From Eledone cirrhosa (taxonomy: Eukaryota): a stretch of DNA of 64,000 bases. Numbering within the stretch: the stretch's first letter is position 1; each line of letters starts with the position of its first letter. Location: positions 1,922,001 to 1,986,000 of the forward strand of contig OZ024764.1 in NCBI GenBank assembly GCA_964016885.1, written 5' to 3'. Below are positions 27,140-41,006 of the stretch, one piece after another. The position numbers and the translations under genes were made by a program. A model generated the notes under the pieces. The model saw nothing but the letters and a program-made list of their open reading frames with translations. It had not been told where the DNA came from and searched no databases.

Positions 27140-29335
27140 GATAATAATAATACTAATGAAATTATTGTGTACAGTGTTCAGGTGCACTACAACTCATCAA
27201 AGGTGCATGTATAGTACATAGAATAATGTACAAATGTCAGGGACGTGAACAGTGTATGAGTCATGATATATATGTGTGTGTGGAGGGGGAATATCAGGTG
27301 TAGTGTTGGAGAATTTCAGGAAGCATGGAGGTTTTAAAGGATGCAGTGTCTCGACAGCTAACAACTGATGCAGGTTGTTTGTTCTATGGAGGTTTTAAAG
27401 GATGCAGTGTCTCGACAGCTAACAACTGATGCAGGTAGTTTGTTCCATGGAGGTTTTAAAGGATCCAGTGTCTCGACAGCTAACAACTGATGCAGGTAGT
27501 TTGTTACATGGAGGTTTTAAAGGATGCAGTGTCTTAACAGCTAACAACTGATGCAGGTAGTTTGTTCCATGGAGGTTTTAAAGGATGCAGTGTCTCGACA
27601 GCTAACAACTGATGCAGGTAGTTTGTTCCATGGAGGTTTTAAAGGATGCAGTGTCTCGACAGCTAACAACTGATGCAGGTAGATTGTTCCATGGAGGTTT
27701 TAAAGGATGCATTGTCTCGACAGCTAACAACTGATGCAGGTAGTTTGTTCCATGGAGGTTTTAAAGGATGCAGTGTCTCGACAACTAACAACTGATGCAG
27801 GTAGTTTGTTCCATGGAGGTTTTAAAGGATGAAGTGTCTCGACAGCTAACAACTGATGCAGGTAGTTTGTTCCATGGAGGTTTTAAAGGATTCAGTGTCT
27901 CGACAGCTAACTGATGCAGGTAATTTGTTTCATGGAGGTTTTAAAGGATGCAGTGTCTCGACAACTAACAACTGATGCAGGTAGTTTGTTCCATGGAAGT
28001 TTTAAAGGATGCAGTGTCTCGACAGCTAACAACTGATGCAGGTAGTTTGTTCCACGGAGGTTTTAAAGGATGCAGTGTCTCGACAGCTAACAACTGATGC
28101 AGGTAGTTTGTTCTATGGAGGTTTTAAAGGATGCAGTGTCTCGACAGCTAACACCTGATGCAGGTAGTTTGTTTCATGGAGGTTTTAAAGGATGCAGTGT
28201 CTCGACAGCTAACACCTGATGCAGGTAGTTTGTTTCATGGAGGTTTTAAAGGATGCAGTGTCTCGACAACTAACAACTGATGCAGGTAGTTTGTTCCATG
28301 GAAGTTTTAAAGGATGCAGTGTCTCGACAGCTAACAACTGATGCAGGTAGTTTGTTCCATGGAGGTTTTAATGGTTGCAGTGTCTCGACAGCTAACAACT
28401 GATGCAGATAGTTTGTACCATGGAGGTTTTAAAGGATGAAGTGTCTCGACAACTAACAACTGATGCAGGTAGTTTGTTCCATGGAGGTTTTAAAGGATTC
28501 AGTGTCTCGACAGCTAACAACTGATGCAGGTAGTTTGTACCATGGAGGTTTTAAAGGATGCAGTGTCTCGACAGCTAACACCTGATGCAGGTAGTTTGTT
28601 TCATGGAGGTTTTAAAGGATGCAGTGTCTCGACAGCTAACAACTGATGCAGGTAGTTTGTTCCATGGAAGTTTTAAAGGATGCAGTGTCTCGACAGCTAA
28701 CAACTGATGCAGGTAGTTTGTTCCATGGAGGTTTTAAAGGTTGCAGTGTCTCGACAGCTAACAACTGATGCAGGTAGTTTGTACCATGGAGGTTTTAAAG
28801 GATGAAGTGTCTCGACAGCTAACAACTGATAAAGGTAGTTTGTTCCATGATTCAGCAACTCTGAGCGTGAAAAAATGTTTCCAAAAGTCATGGGAGCTGT
28901 GCTGTTTTCTGACTTTGTAGGCATGTCCACGTGTGTTAGACACATGGAAATCAAAAAGGTACTCAGGGTTGTTGTTGGCAAGATGGTTAATAATTTTGTG
29001 GGTGTTTACCAAGTCAGCTGCCAGACGTCGGAGCTTCAACGTATCCATGCCCAGGGAAGCAAGGCATTCAGAGTATGGTAGATGCCTGATGGAGGGTATT
29101 TACTTGGCTGCACGTCTCTGAATAGTTTCCAGACGGTCAATGTCCTGAGCAAGATAGGTGTTCCAGACTGGTGATGCAAATTCTAAGTGTGGCCGCACCA
29201 TAGCTATATACAGCTTTAAATAGGTAGCTGGAGAGCGGCTGACAAAGGTCTTGCTGAGTGATGCTAAGATACCCTCGGCCCTCTTGACAATCTTAGAGAC
29301 GAGCTTCATCCAATGCAAATTGCTGGGGCTGACCA
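27140..29335 (-). mobile_element. CR1-type LINE 3' end with about 25 internal 61-bp tandem units (27325-28850)
   Basis: Minus-strand LYIAMVRPHLEFASPVWN..DIDRLETIQRRAAK and TRGH.YK...HFFTLRVAESWNKLP..VV are CR1 ORF2 C-terminal motifs. Confidence 0.85.
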
Positions 29336-29399
29336 AGATACTTTCATGGAATGACCAAGTGAGGTTTTATTTTCAACATAGTTCCTGGAAAGAAACAAT

Positions 29400-29985
29400 T
29401 ATCATCATCATTTAACGTCCATCTTCCCCGCTAGCATGGGTTAGACGGGCTTGTTCCATTTGATGCGGGAATGGTCTGGAGACCATGTCTCGCTTGTACG
29501 GAAGTGTCTCTGGCAGGTTTTTTTATGGCCGGATGCCCTTCCTAACACCAACCACTTTACAGTGTGGACTGGGTGCCTTTTGTTGTGACACCTACATGAC
29601 CACTTTACAGTGTGGACTGGGTGTTGTTTGTTGTGACACCTACATGACCACTTTACAGTGTGGACTGGGTGCTTTTTGTCATGACACCTACATGACCACT
29701 TTACAGAGTGGACTGGGTGCTTTTTGTTGTGTCATCGACACAGTGGACAGAAATGGGAGGATGGGGTAGGGTGTGTGGGGTGTATATTGGGTTAAGAGGT
29801 GCCTACTGACTGTAGGTTTGTATGTAAGGGAAGGCGGGTCTTCTGTACACCTGCATGGGGCCAAAGATCTCGATCCAGTGACATTGTCTTAGAGAGGTGT
29901 AGGTGAGTCCCAGGCTTTTCTTGGTCTCCCCACTCCGCAGCTTCCATCAATTTTCATTGACCTGCACTTTTTTAAACAGCTGTGA
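29400..29985 (-). mobile_element. RTE LINE 3' fragment including 3' UTR with ~48-bp tandem units
   Basis: Minus-strand GVGRPRKAWD..HLSKTMSLDRDLW; tail shared with SINE A. Confidence 0.75.
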
Positions 29986-30084
29986 AATTAATGTATGCAA
30001 GATTTCGCAGCTCTAGCATCACTCCTTCACAGTCACCCTGTGAACTTTTCAGCCAAGCCTGAAGGTTTATCTTGTCTCCTCTCG

Positions 30085-30195
30085 AGTTCAAATCCCGCTG
30101 AGGTTAACTTTGCCTTTCATCTTTACGGGGTCGATAAAATAAAGTACCAGTAATACACTGCATTAATTGCTGGCCTTGTGCCAAAAGTAGAAACG
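30085..30195 (+). mobile_element. SINE family B fragment
   Basis: gagttcaaatcccgctgagg...gtagaaacgatt. Confidence 0.7.
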
Positions 30196-30360
30196 ATTAT
30201 TTTACTTTACTTGGCCTACCTTTCATTTTCTTTATCTATCCTTTGTTCCTATCTCCATGTTGTACACCTGAAGAAGGACTAAATCCTAAAATGCCGAACT
30301 TTCTTTCTCCTTATAAAGCGTGAAACTAATAAGTCTTTTGTATGTTTTGTTGTTTCCTTG

Positions 30361-30399
<39 letters not shown>

Positions 30400-30714
30400 T
30401 ATAAATATTTATTAAAATAACAGATTAAAGTTTAAGCAAAGAATCGCTGCTTTCACCCTTAAGCGATTCTTTACTTAAACTTTAATCTGTTATTTTAATA
30501 AATATTTGCTCTAAGGTTCTTATATATTTGACATATATTTATCCTTATCGAGTCCCCTTTGGATTTTAGTCTTCAAATTTATTATTATTACTATATAATT
30601 ATATATATATATTTTTTTAAATCGATCGACTTTCGTCAAATCGGACCGAGGAAACAATGTTTCCATCGGTCTTTCCAGTTGCTAGTGCTATCTATCGGTC
30701 GCAACTCCAGGTAG

Positions 30715-30833
30715 AAGGAGCAATGTGAAATAAAATGTCTTGCTCAAGGACATAACGCATCGCCCGGTCCAGGACTTGAACCCACAACCTCAAGATTGTG
30801 AATCCAATTCTCTAACCGCTCATCCACGCGCCT

Positions 30834-30837
<4 letters not shown>
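30715..30837 (-). mobile_element. tRNA-derived SINE head related to family A
   Basis: Minus strand gtgaaggcgcgtgg...gggttcaagtcc...gtccttgagcaagaca. Confidence 0.7.
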
Positions 30838-30899
<62 letters not shown>

Positions 30900-30959
30900 T
30901 ATATATATATATATATATATTTTTATATATTTATATATATATATATATTTTTATATATT

Positions 30960-31232
<273 letters not shown>

Positions 31233-31315
31233 TTTTATATATATATATATATATTTATATTCAGCAATTAAATGCATTAAACAAAAGTTTGATTGTTTTA
31301 TATTTTGTGTATGTA

Positions 31316-31657
31316 TGACAAAGGGCAGAAGAACTCATAAGAGTCAACCAAAAGTGTGTTATGACATAGAAATAGTCAGGCTGGACGCCTGATCGCACGG
31401 TTAAACCACTGGGAGTGAAGGGGCCCTAGCCTTTGTCAGGGCCTTCTTCTAGGAGAAGGAAACTCAGGAAACTGGGATAACTCCCATATAAAACCTGCGA
31501 CTCAGTAGTTACAGATGATGTTGATCTTTTCTTCTTTTCAGGTTATAGCTACTGTCTCTCAGAGAGTGGGATTGGCTCAGTGCACAGTCTTTCCTCACTT
31601 TCAAACATATCTTCACGCACAGGCATTGCACGATAGATAACGAGGGGGCAGCCATCA
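31316..31657 (+). mobile_element. Fragment of a short RTE-related element homologous to 43787-44393
   Basis: Shared ccctagcctttgtcagg...ctaggagaaggaaactc and 3' ggcagcca.ca end. Confidence 0.55.
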
Positions 31658-31805
31658 TATATGTGCATATATGTGTGTGTGTATATATATATGTGTATGT
31701 TTGTGTGTGTATATATATGTGTATATATATATGTGTATGTTTGTATGTGTATAGATGTATGTATATATATATGTATAAATCTGTATATATGTGTTTGTAT
31801 GTATG

Positions 31806-31858
<53 letters not shown>

Positions 31859-31888
31859 AGATCAAAAGATGGTTAAAAGAGTTCCATG

Positions 31889-31959
31889 TATTTTATTATG
31901 CGCATTTCAAAAACAAATATCATCATGCAATAACATTTGCGTTTTCGTCAGATAAAATA
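31889..31959 (-). ncRNA. Minimal type I hammerhead ribozyme (left arm of a fold-back)
   Basis: Inverted copy of 32007-32077. Confidence 0.75.
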
Positions 31960-32006
31960 GGGAGACATGATATGAAGGTTAAAACACACTTGTGAATATG
32001 TCTCCC

Positions 32007-32077
32007 TATTTTATCTGACGAAAACGCAAATGTTATTGCATGATGATATTTGTTTTTGAAATGCGCATAATAAAATA
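32007..32077 (+). ncRNA. Minimal type I hammerhead ribozyme
   Basis: TATTTTAT-CTGACGA-AAACGCAAATGTTATTGCATGATGATATTTGTTTTT-GAAA-TGCGCA-TA-ATAAAATA. Confidence 0.8.
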
Positions 32078-32200
32078 CATGGAACTCTTTTAACCATCTT
32101 TTGATCTTATATATTATTTATACTCCAGTCCTACAAACTGTAGGGTGCTTCTTATCCGATATCTGCATTGCTTTATTGTACTACAATAAAACTCACCTCC

Positions 32201-32245
<45 letters not shown>

Positions 32246-32485
32246 CTGTATATATATATCTGTTTGTATGTATGTATGTATGTATGTATATATATATATG
32301 TATGTGCGTATATATACATACGTATCTATGTGTCCGTGTGTGTGTATACATATATTGTTATACTTTGAGAGGGTCATGTTGCCAATAAAAACACACTTAC
32401 TGTCAACATGACCCTCCCAAAATATAACAATATCTGTTTCAAAACATGGTTTTAGATAAGAAATCTTGCAAAACAAATTCAAAAA

Positions 32486-32547
<62 letters not shown>

Positions 32548-32707
32548 TTTTTGAATTTGTTTCAAGTAAGAATATTTTCGAAACAGCGAGTGGGTTTGAA
32601 ATTATTAGAAATGTAAGTTATCGCTGTATTTTGACTAAAGAAATTAAAGAAATTATTTAGCCTGATAGTGGGGTAATTTCTTCAGTCAAAATACAGCGAT
32701 AACTTAC

Positions 32708-33478
32708 ATCATCATCATCATCATCGTTTAACGTCCATATTCCACACTTGCATGGGTTTGGACGGGAGTTTTCCCACTTGAGGCAAGAGTGGTTGTCTTG
32801 CTCGCATAGGACTGTCTGGCGGGTTTTCTACAGCTGGATGCCCTTCCTAACACCAACCACATTTACAGTGTAGACTGGGTGCTTTTTTGCCATGGCACCT
32901 CCACGACCACGTTGCAGTGGAATGATAGGGACCCCAGTCCCTATCATTTCATTTCTACAGCTGAGTAAACTGGAGCAATGTGAAATAAAGTGTCTTGCTC
33001 AAGGAAACAACACATCACCCAGTCTGAGAATTGAACTCACTTTTCAATTGCAAGCCCAATGTTCTAACCACGAAGCCATGCGCCTTCACTATATATATCA
33101 TCATCATCATCGTTTAACGTCCATCTTCCACGCTAGCATGGGTTTGGACGGGAGTTTTCCCACTTGAGGCAAGAGTGGTTGTCTTGCTCGCATAGGACTG
33201 TCTGGCTGGTTTTCTACAGCTGGATGCCCTTCCTAACACCAACCACATTTACAGTGTGGACTGGGTGCTTTTTTGCCATGGCACCTCCACGACCACGTTG
33301 CAGTGGAATGATAGGGACCCCAGTCCCTATCATTTCATTTCTACAGCTGAGTAAACTGGAGCAATGTGAAATAAAGTGTCTTGCTCAAGGAAACAACACA
33401 TCACCCAGTCTGAGAATTGAACTCACTTTTCAATTGCAAGCCCAATGTTCTAACCACGAAGCCATGCGCCTTCACTAT
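32708..33478 (-). mobile_element. Two near-identical SINE A copies in tandem (~385-bp duplication)
   Basis: Both carry the same private deletion (ctcacttttcaattg versus ctcacaacctttcgattg in other copies). Confidence 0.85.
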
Positions 33479-33483
33479 ATATA

Positions 33484-34815
33484 TCATCATCATCATCGTT
33501 TAACGTCCATCTTCCACGCTAGCATGGGTTTGGACGGGAGTTTTCCCACTTGAGGCAAGGGTGGTTGTCTTGCTCGCATAGGACTGTCTGGCGGGTTTTC
33601 TACAGCTGGATGCCCTTCCTAACACCAACCACATTTACAGTGTGGACTGGGAGGTTTTTACTGTTTTACCCACATTACAGCGTGGACTGTGTGTTTTTGT
33701 TTTCGTGACACCTACACGACCTCATTTGTTTCGGACTGGATGTTGTGGTACCAACATAGCTTTACATTGAAGGGGTGGTGTGGATGGGGTGTGGGTAGTG
33801 GGACGGGGGTGTATTTTGTTAGAGGTGCCTACTGACTGTAGGTTTCGCTTTGTACTTAGGCAAGGCGGGTCTTCTGTATTACTGTGTAGCGCCAAAGATC
33901 TCGGTCCAGTGACATTGTCTTGGAGAGGTGTAAGTGTGTGAGGACGGAATTTATCAAGTCGTCCCAGGTTTTTCTGGGTCTGCCTACTCCGTAACTTCCA
34001 TCAATTTTGATCGCCCTGCACTTTTTTATACAGCTGTCGTCTTTCATGCGCATCACGTGGCCATACCAACGTAGTCTTCTCTCAAGTAAACAGCATCTGA
34101 TCCCTCTTATTCCTAATTCCTCACTTAGTTCATTTATGCTTTGCCGTTCACGTATATTACTATTACACATCCAGCGGAGCATGCAAACTTTGTTCCTCTC
34201 CAGTCTGCGTATATCCTCTGCACACAATGCCCAAGTCTCACTGCCATGTAACATTGCAGTTCGTATGCAGGCATCATACAGTCTGCCTTTCAATTTTAGA
34301 GAGAAACCTTTAGCAGCACAATAGTGGTATAAGCTCTCTGAACTTTTTCCATCCCGTTCTGACTCTAGCTACTGTACTTTCAGAGCACCCTCCCCCACTG
34401 CTGATTTTGTCACCCAGGTAATGGAAGGTGTCCACTATTTCTATAGAACCATCTGGGCAATAGAAGGGGCTAGTATCCTGTGGGCATTTGCTACTTATTG
34501 CATTTGGGACATAAAATGCAATTTCTGCCTACTCCTTTCCTACACACTGAGCATAGCCATTTCCCAGAAGGGACCTGTGCCCTATTTTCCTTCCTACATA
34601 CTAGAACTTTAGTCTTAGACATGTTAAGGCCTTTTGATTCTAGGCCATGCTTCCATGTTTGTAATTTCTTCTCTAGTTCAGCTATGAGCATTAGATCATC
34701 TGCATATAGAAGTTCCCATGGGCAGCCGGTCTTGAACTCCTCTGTTATAGCCTGAAGGGCAATAATAAATAGGAGGGGGCGAAGGACAGAGCCCTGATAA
34801 ACACCGACTTTTACG
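33484..34815 (-). mobile_element. RTE LINE 3' portion (RT C-terminus plus 3' UTR)
   Basis: VGVYQGSVLRPLLFIIALQA...PWELLYADDL..LESKGLNMSKTKVL..KGRLYDACIRTAMLHGSETW..RRLRWYGHVMR..GRPRKTW. Confidence 0.9.
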
Positions 34816-34885
34816 GTAAATTCTTCACTATATTCATTGTTAATTCTAACCTATGAATAGAATATATATATGTATGTATATATAT

Positions 34886-34945
<60 letters not shown>

Positions 34946-34947
34946 AG

Positions 34948-34982
<35 letters not shown>

Positions 34983-35144
34983 AGTATATACATATGTACT
35001 TTATTTTTATTTTTATTTTTATTTTTATTTTTACTTTTAAAAAATTTCCTTTACTCTCTAAAAAATTATTCCCCTCCTCTTATTTTTTAAATGTCTTTCC
35101 ACCACTCCCCCACATAACCTCGGAACTCTCTTCCTACCCACTTT

Positions 35145-35182
35145 TCTCCTGATGAAGGGCTTATGCCCGAAACGTCGTCCCC
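35145..35182 (+). ncRNA. Hammerhead-like core with decayed stem I
   Basis: CTGATGA-AGGGC-TTAT-GCCC-GAAA-CGTCG-TC; relatives at 55495-55525 (-), ~30268 and ~58050. Confidence 0.5.
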
Positions 35183-35241
35183 CACTCTCAAGCGTGAAAC
35201 TAATACTTATATCATTTGTACTGTCTCTCTGTTTATTTATT

Positions 35242-35289
<48 letters not shown>

Positions 35290-35296
<7 letters not shown>

Positions 35297-35950
35297 CACT
35301 GAGGATGTCTGTGGGTGTGTGTGAGTTTGAATCCCTAAAACTCGAGAACCACCCAACCGACTGTTTTCAAACTTTACACATGTAATACTTATGTTTCAGC
35401 GAGTGTTCTGAGCAAAATGAATTTCAAATTTTCAATGCCCTAGGGATCGCATTAGGCGATTTAGCGATCTCTCTCTATAATTCTTAGTCTTTCTCTTTTT
35501 AGATAGATACATACATATAACGTCGTGCCCTTATAATATCTGTCTGTATGTCTGGCTGTCTGCATTACGTCACTTCCTACAATTCCCTCTGCGTCCAGAA
35601 TGCGCCCTTATAATATCTGTCTGTATGTCTGGCTGTCTGCATTACGTCACTTCCCACAATTCCGTCTGCGTCCAGATCGCGCCCTTATAATATCTGTCTG
35701 TATGTCTGGCTGTCTGCTGCCTCCGGTTATTCTGCCACCCTTGCTCAAGACAAATCTCACACTCATTCCCCAAACAGTTGATAAGTGCACACAACTTCTT
35801 CCTCACGTTTTAAGCCACAGTGTTACTTACTTACGTACCACCAGACCCTTACTTCTTTGCCAGCCGTGGTTGTGGCAACACTAAGCTTAGCTAAGGCGGT
35901 TATATATTTCACAACACCTTATCCCGTGCAACGCCGGGTACCACTGCTAG
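35290..35950 (+). mobile_element. Non-autonomous Helitron-like element with three internal 77-bp tandem units
   Basis: 3' hairpin CCCG-TGCAACGC-CGGG followed by CTAG|T at 35947-35951; 5' end obscured by (TA)n. Confidence 0.65.
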
Positions 35951-35958
35951 TATATATA

Positions 35959-35992
<34 letters not shown>

Positions 35993-36134
35993 GAGGAGAG
36001 AGAGTGTGAGAGAGAGACAGGCTATAAACCACTCCAGTTATTATATTAAGTGGTAGAAACAACCATTCTAACAACCTACAAACCACTCGACAATAAAGTG
36101 AAGTGTGGGAGTGGGTGTGTATATATATGTGAGA

Positions 36135-36165
<31 letters not shown>

Positions 36166-36342
36166 AGTGTATGTGTGTGTATATATATGTAAGTGTATGT
36201 GTGTGTGTATATATGTATGTGTGTGTATATATATATATATATATACATGTGTATATGTTTGTGTGTTTGTATATTTGTATATTTGTATATATGTATGTGT
36301 GTGTATATATATGTAAGTGTGTGTGTGTGTGTATATATATAT

Positions 36343-36377
<35 letters not shown>

Positions 36378-36899
36378 CAAGTGTGTGTGTGTGTATATGT
36401 TTGTGTGTTTGTATATTTGTGTGTTTGTATATTTGTATACATTTGTATACATATATATATATATGAGTATATATATATGTGTGTGTGTATGTGTGTCTAT
36501 ATATATATGTATGAGTATATATATGTGTGTGTGTGTGTCTATATATATATGTATGAGTATATATGTGTGCGTCTATATATATATGTATGAGTATATATGT
36601 GTGTGTGTCTATATATATATGTATGAGTATATGTGTGTGTGTGTATATATATATGTATGAGTGTATATGTGTGTGTATATATATATATGTATGAGTATAT
36701 ATGTGTGTGTATATATGTATGAGTATATGTGTGTGTGTGTATATATATATGTATGAGTATATGTGTGTGTGTATATATATATATGTATGAGTATATATGT
36801 GTGTGTATATATGTATGAGTATATATATGTATATGTGTGTTTACGGCCACTTCCTCAATAAGTATTTGTTACAAATATCAAATTATATTTATTTTAATT

Positions 36900-38075
36900 A
36901 GTTGGTGTGGAGTGGTGTGGTGTAGTGCGGTGTGGTGCGGTGCCGTGCCGTGTGGTGTGGAGTGGTGTGGTGTAGTGCGGTGTGGTGCGGTGCCGTGCCG
37001 TGTGGTGTGGTGTGGTGTAGCGTAGTATAGTGTGGTGAGGTGTAGTGTGGTGTGGTGTAGTGTAGTGTGGTGTGGTGTAGTGTAGTGTGGTGTAGTGTAG
37101 TATAGTGTGGTGAGGTGTAGTGTGGTGTGGTGTGGTGTAGTGTAGTGTAGTGTGGTGAGGTGTAGTGTGGTGTGGTGTGGTGTAGTGTAGTATAGTGTGG
37201 TGAGGTGTAGTGCGGTGTGGTGCGGTGCCGTGCGGTGCCGTGCCGTGTGGTGTGGTGTAGTGTAGTATAGTGTGGTGAGGTGTAGTGTGGTGTGGTGTGG
37301 TGTAGTGTAGTGTGGTGAGGTGTCGTGTGGTATGGTATAGTGTGGTGAGGTGTAGTGTGGTGTGGTGTGGTGTAGTGTAGTGTAGTGTGGTGAGGTGTAG
37401 TGTGGTGTGGTGTGGTGTAGTGTAGTGTGGTGAGGTGTCGTGTGGTATGGTATAGTGTGGTGAGGTGTAGTGTGGTGTGGTGTGGTGTGGTGTAGTGTAG
37501 TGTGGTGAGGTGTCGTGTGGTGAGGTGTAGTGTGGTGTGGTGTGGTGTAGTGTAGTGTAGTGTGGTGAGGTGTCGTGTGGTGTGGTGTGGTGTAGTGTAG
37601 TGTGGTGAGGTGTAGTGTGGTGTGGTGTAGTGTAGTATAGTGTGGTGAGGTGTCGTGTGGTATGGTATAGTGTGGTGAGGTGTAGTGTGGTGTGGTGTGG
37701 TGTAGTGTAGTGTGGTGAGGTGTCGTGTGGTGTGGTGTGGTGTAGTGTAGTGTGGTGAGGTGTCGTGTGGTATGGTATAGTGTGGTGAGGTGTAGTGTGG
37801 TGTAGTGTGGTGAGGTGTCGTGTGGTATGGTATAGTGTAGTATGGTGTGGTGTGGTGTGGTGTAGTGTAGTGTAGTGTCGTGTAGTGTGGTGTGGTATAG
37901 TGTAGTGTAGTGTGGTGTGGTGTAGTGTAGTGTGGTGTGGTGCGGTGTGGTGTGGTGCGGTGCGGTGCGGTGTAGTGTAGTGTAGTGTGGTGTAGTGTAG
38001 TGTAGTGTGGTGTAGTGTGGTGTGGTATAGTGTAGTGTAGTGTTGTGTGGTGTGGTGTGGTGTAGTGTAGTATGT
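36900..38075. repeat. Pentanucleotide (GTGTG/GTGTA/GTGAG)n satellite
   Basis: Direct reading. Confidence 0.9.
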
Positions 38076-39420
38076 GTGCGTGTGTAGTGTAGATTGTGTG
38101 TATGTTGTAGTGTTGCTGACTCTCCCTGAGTACTACAATAAGATAGCACTATACTACAAGATGGACTGTAATTTAAAGATCCAGCTTTGTCACACAATGT
38201 TGTACTGAATCTCCCTGAGAACTAGGTTAAGGCTACAGATGTCTGTGGAATACTCAACCACTTCAACAAGCACCACCACCAACAACAACACCACCACTCC
38301 ATCACCACCACCATCACGACACCACCACCTACAACAACACCACAACCACCACCAACACCACCACCTCCACCAACAACACCACCACCACCACACCATCTCC
38401 ATCACACCACCACCATCACACCACCACCACTCTACCACTACCACCACCACTACACCACCACCACTGCCACCACCAACAATACCACTACCATCACACATCT
38501 CCATCACACCACCACCATCACACCACCATCACACCACCACCATCACACCACCACCACCATCACACCACCACTACCACCACCAACAATACCACTACCATCA
38601 CACATCTCCATCACACCACCACCATCACACCACCATCACACCACCACCATCACACCACCACCACCATCACACCACCACCACCACCAACAGCACCACTACC
38701 ATCACACCATCTCCATCACACCACCACCATCACACCACCACCACTACCACCACCACCACCACTATCACACCACCACCACTACACCACCACCACTACCACC
38801 ACCAACAACACCACCACCATCACACCATCTCCACCACCATCACACCACCACCCCACCATCACATCACCATCACACCACCACCACCACCATCCCACCACCA
38901 ACAACACCACCACCACCAACAACACCACCACCACATACACCTATCTTCACCCAGAGATCTAATTATATTGAGTATCAGGTGAAGGAGTTAACCCCCACCC
39001 CCACCCCCACCACCATCAAACCAGTCTTGCTTTTAAAAAAAAGGGGGTCACAGTTGGTTTCCATGACAACTGTGTGAATATGGAGGAAGTAGAGCTTGAG
39101 AATTGGTGGTGGTGTGGGTGGTGCTGGTAGTGGTTGTGGTGATGTTAGTGGTAGTGTGGTGTGGTGTGGTGGTGGTGGTGTTGTGTATGGTTGGCTAAAG
39201 TAAGTAACAGAGCATATAGCAGTGAGACCTTTGTTGGTGTGTGTGGTTGTTCCTTAGTTGTTGTAATAAGGAAACCATTGACAAGAGCCCAGACCTTGAT
39301 TGCTGATGTGATTGGAAGAAACTCATCAAATTGGACCAAGGAAACAGTATTTCTATTGGTTTTTCATTGCTGATAATGGTTTAGGCACAAGGCCAGCAAA
39401 TTTGGGGGAGTTTAACCCTT

Positions 39421-40758
39421 TAGCATTCACATTACTCTATATATACTATTGTATTTTCACAGTAAAGGCTTTACCTCACATAATATCTCACATAGCATTC
39501 ACATTACTCTATATATACTGTTGTATTTTCACAGTAAAGGCTTTACCTCACATAATATCTCACATAACATTTACATTACTCTATATATACTATTGTATTT
39601 TCACAGTAAAGGCTTTACCTCACATAATATCTCACATAACATTTACATTACTCTATATATACTATTGTATTTTCGCAGTAAAGGCTTCACCTCACATAAT
39701 ATCTCACATAGCATTCACATTACTCTATATATACTATTGTATTTTCACAGTAAAGGCTTTACCTCACATAATATCTCACATAACATTTACATTACTCTAT
39801 ATATACTATTGTATTTTCACAGTAAAGGCTTTACCTCACATAATATCTCACATAGCATTCACATTACTCTATATATACTATTGTATTTTCACAGTAAAGG
39901 CTTTACCTCACATAATATCTCACATAACATTTACATTACTCTATATATACTATTGTATTTTCACAGTAAAGGCTTTACCTCACATAATATCTCACATAAC
40001 ATTTACATTACTCTATATATACTATTGTATTTTCACAGTAAAGGCTTTACCTCACATAATATCTCACATAACATTTACATTACTCTATATATACTATTGT
40101 ATTTTCACAGTAAAGGCTTTACCTCACATAATATCTCACATAACATTTACATTACTCTATATATACTATTGTATTGTCACAGTAAAGGCTTTACCTCACA
40201 TAATACCTCGCATAACATTTACATTACTCTATATATACTATTGTATTTTCACAGTAAAGGCTTTACCTCACATAATATCTCACATAACATTTACATTACT
40301 CTATATATACTGTTGTATTTTCACAGTAAAGGCTTTATCTCACATAATATCTCACATAACATTTACATTACTCTATATATACTATTGTATTTTGACAGTA
40401 AAGGCTTTACCTCACATAATATCTCACATAACATTTACATTACTCTATATATACTATTGTATTGTCACAGTAAAGGCTTTACCTCACATAATATCTCACA
40501 TAACATTTACATTACTCTATATATACTATTGTATTTTCACAGTAAAGGCTTTACCTCACATAACATTTACTTTACTCTATATATACTATTGTATTTTCAC
40601 AGTAAAGGCTTTACCTCACATAATATCTCACATAACATTTACATTACTCTATATATACTATTGTATTTTCACAGTAAAGGCTTTACCTCACATAACATTT
40701 ACTTTACTCTATATATACTATTGTATTTTCACAGTAAAGGCTTTACCTCACATAACCT
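39421..40758. repeat. 72-bp tandem array, about 19 copies
   Basis: acattactctatatatactattgtattttcacagtaaaggctttacctcacataatatctcacataacattt. Confidence 0.95.
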
Positions 40759-40805
40759 TAACTCAGAATAAAATTAAGGTTATATATATACATATATATA
40801 TATAC

Positions 40806-40892
<87 letters not shown>

Positions 40893-40894
<2 letters not shown>

Positions 40895-40943
40895 ATTCGA
40901 CAGGACTAGAACTGTTTCATTCTTTAGAAATCATCAGGAATCT
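40893..40943 (-). ncRNA. Type I hammerhead ribozyme (GUC site), left arm of a palindrome
   Basis: AGATTC-CTGATGA-TTTCTAAAGAAT-GAAA-CAGTTCTAGTCCTG-TC-GAATCT. Confidence 0.8.
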
Positions 40944-40953
40944 CAGAGAATCT

Positions 40954-41006
40954 GAGATTCCTGATGATTTCTAAAGAATGAAACAGTTCTAGTCCTGTAG
41001 AATCTC
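40954..41006 (+). ncRNA. Type I hammerhead ribozyme (GUA site)
   Basis: GAGATTC-CTGATGA-TTTCTAAAGAAT-GAAA-CAG-TTCTAGTC-CTG-TA-GAATCTC; perfect 7-bp stem I, 4-bp stem III. Confidence 0.82.

Noticed and set aside
39230-39400. Unique sequence as a possible BACK-domain exon
   Set aside because: No frame resembles BACK or kelch motifs
39312-40955. 547-aa and 440-aa ORFs
   Set aside because: Translation of a 72-bp tandem array
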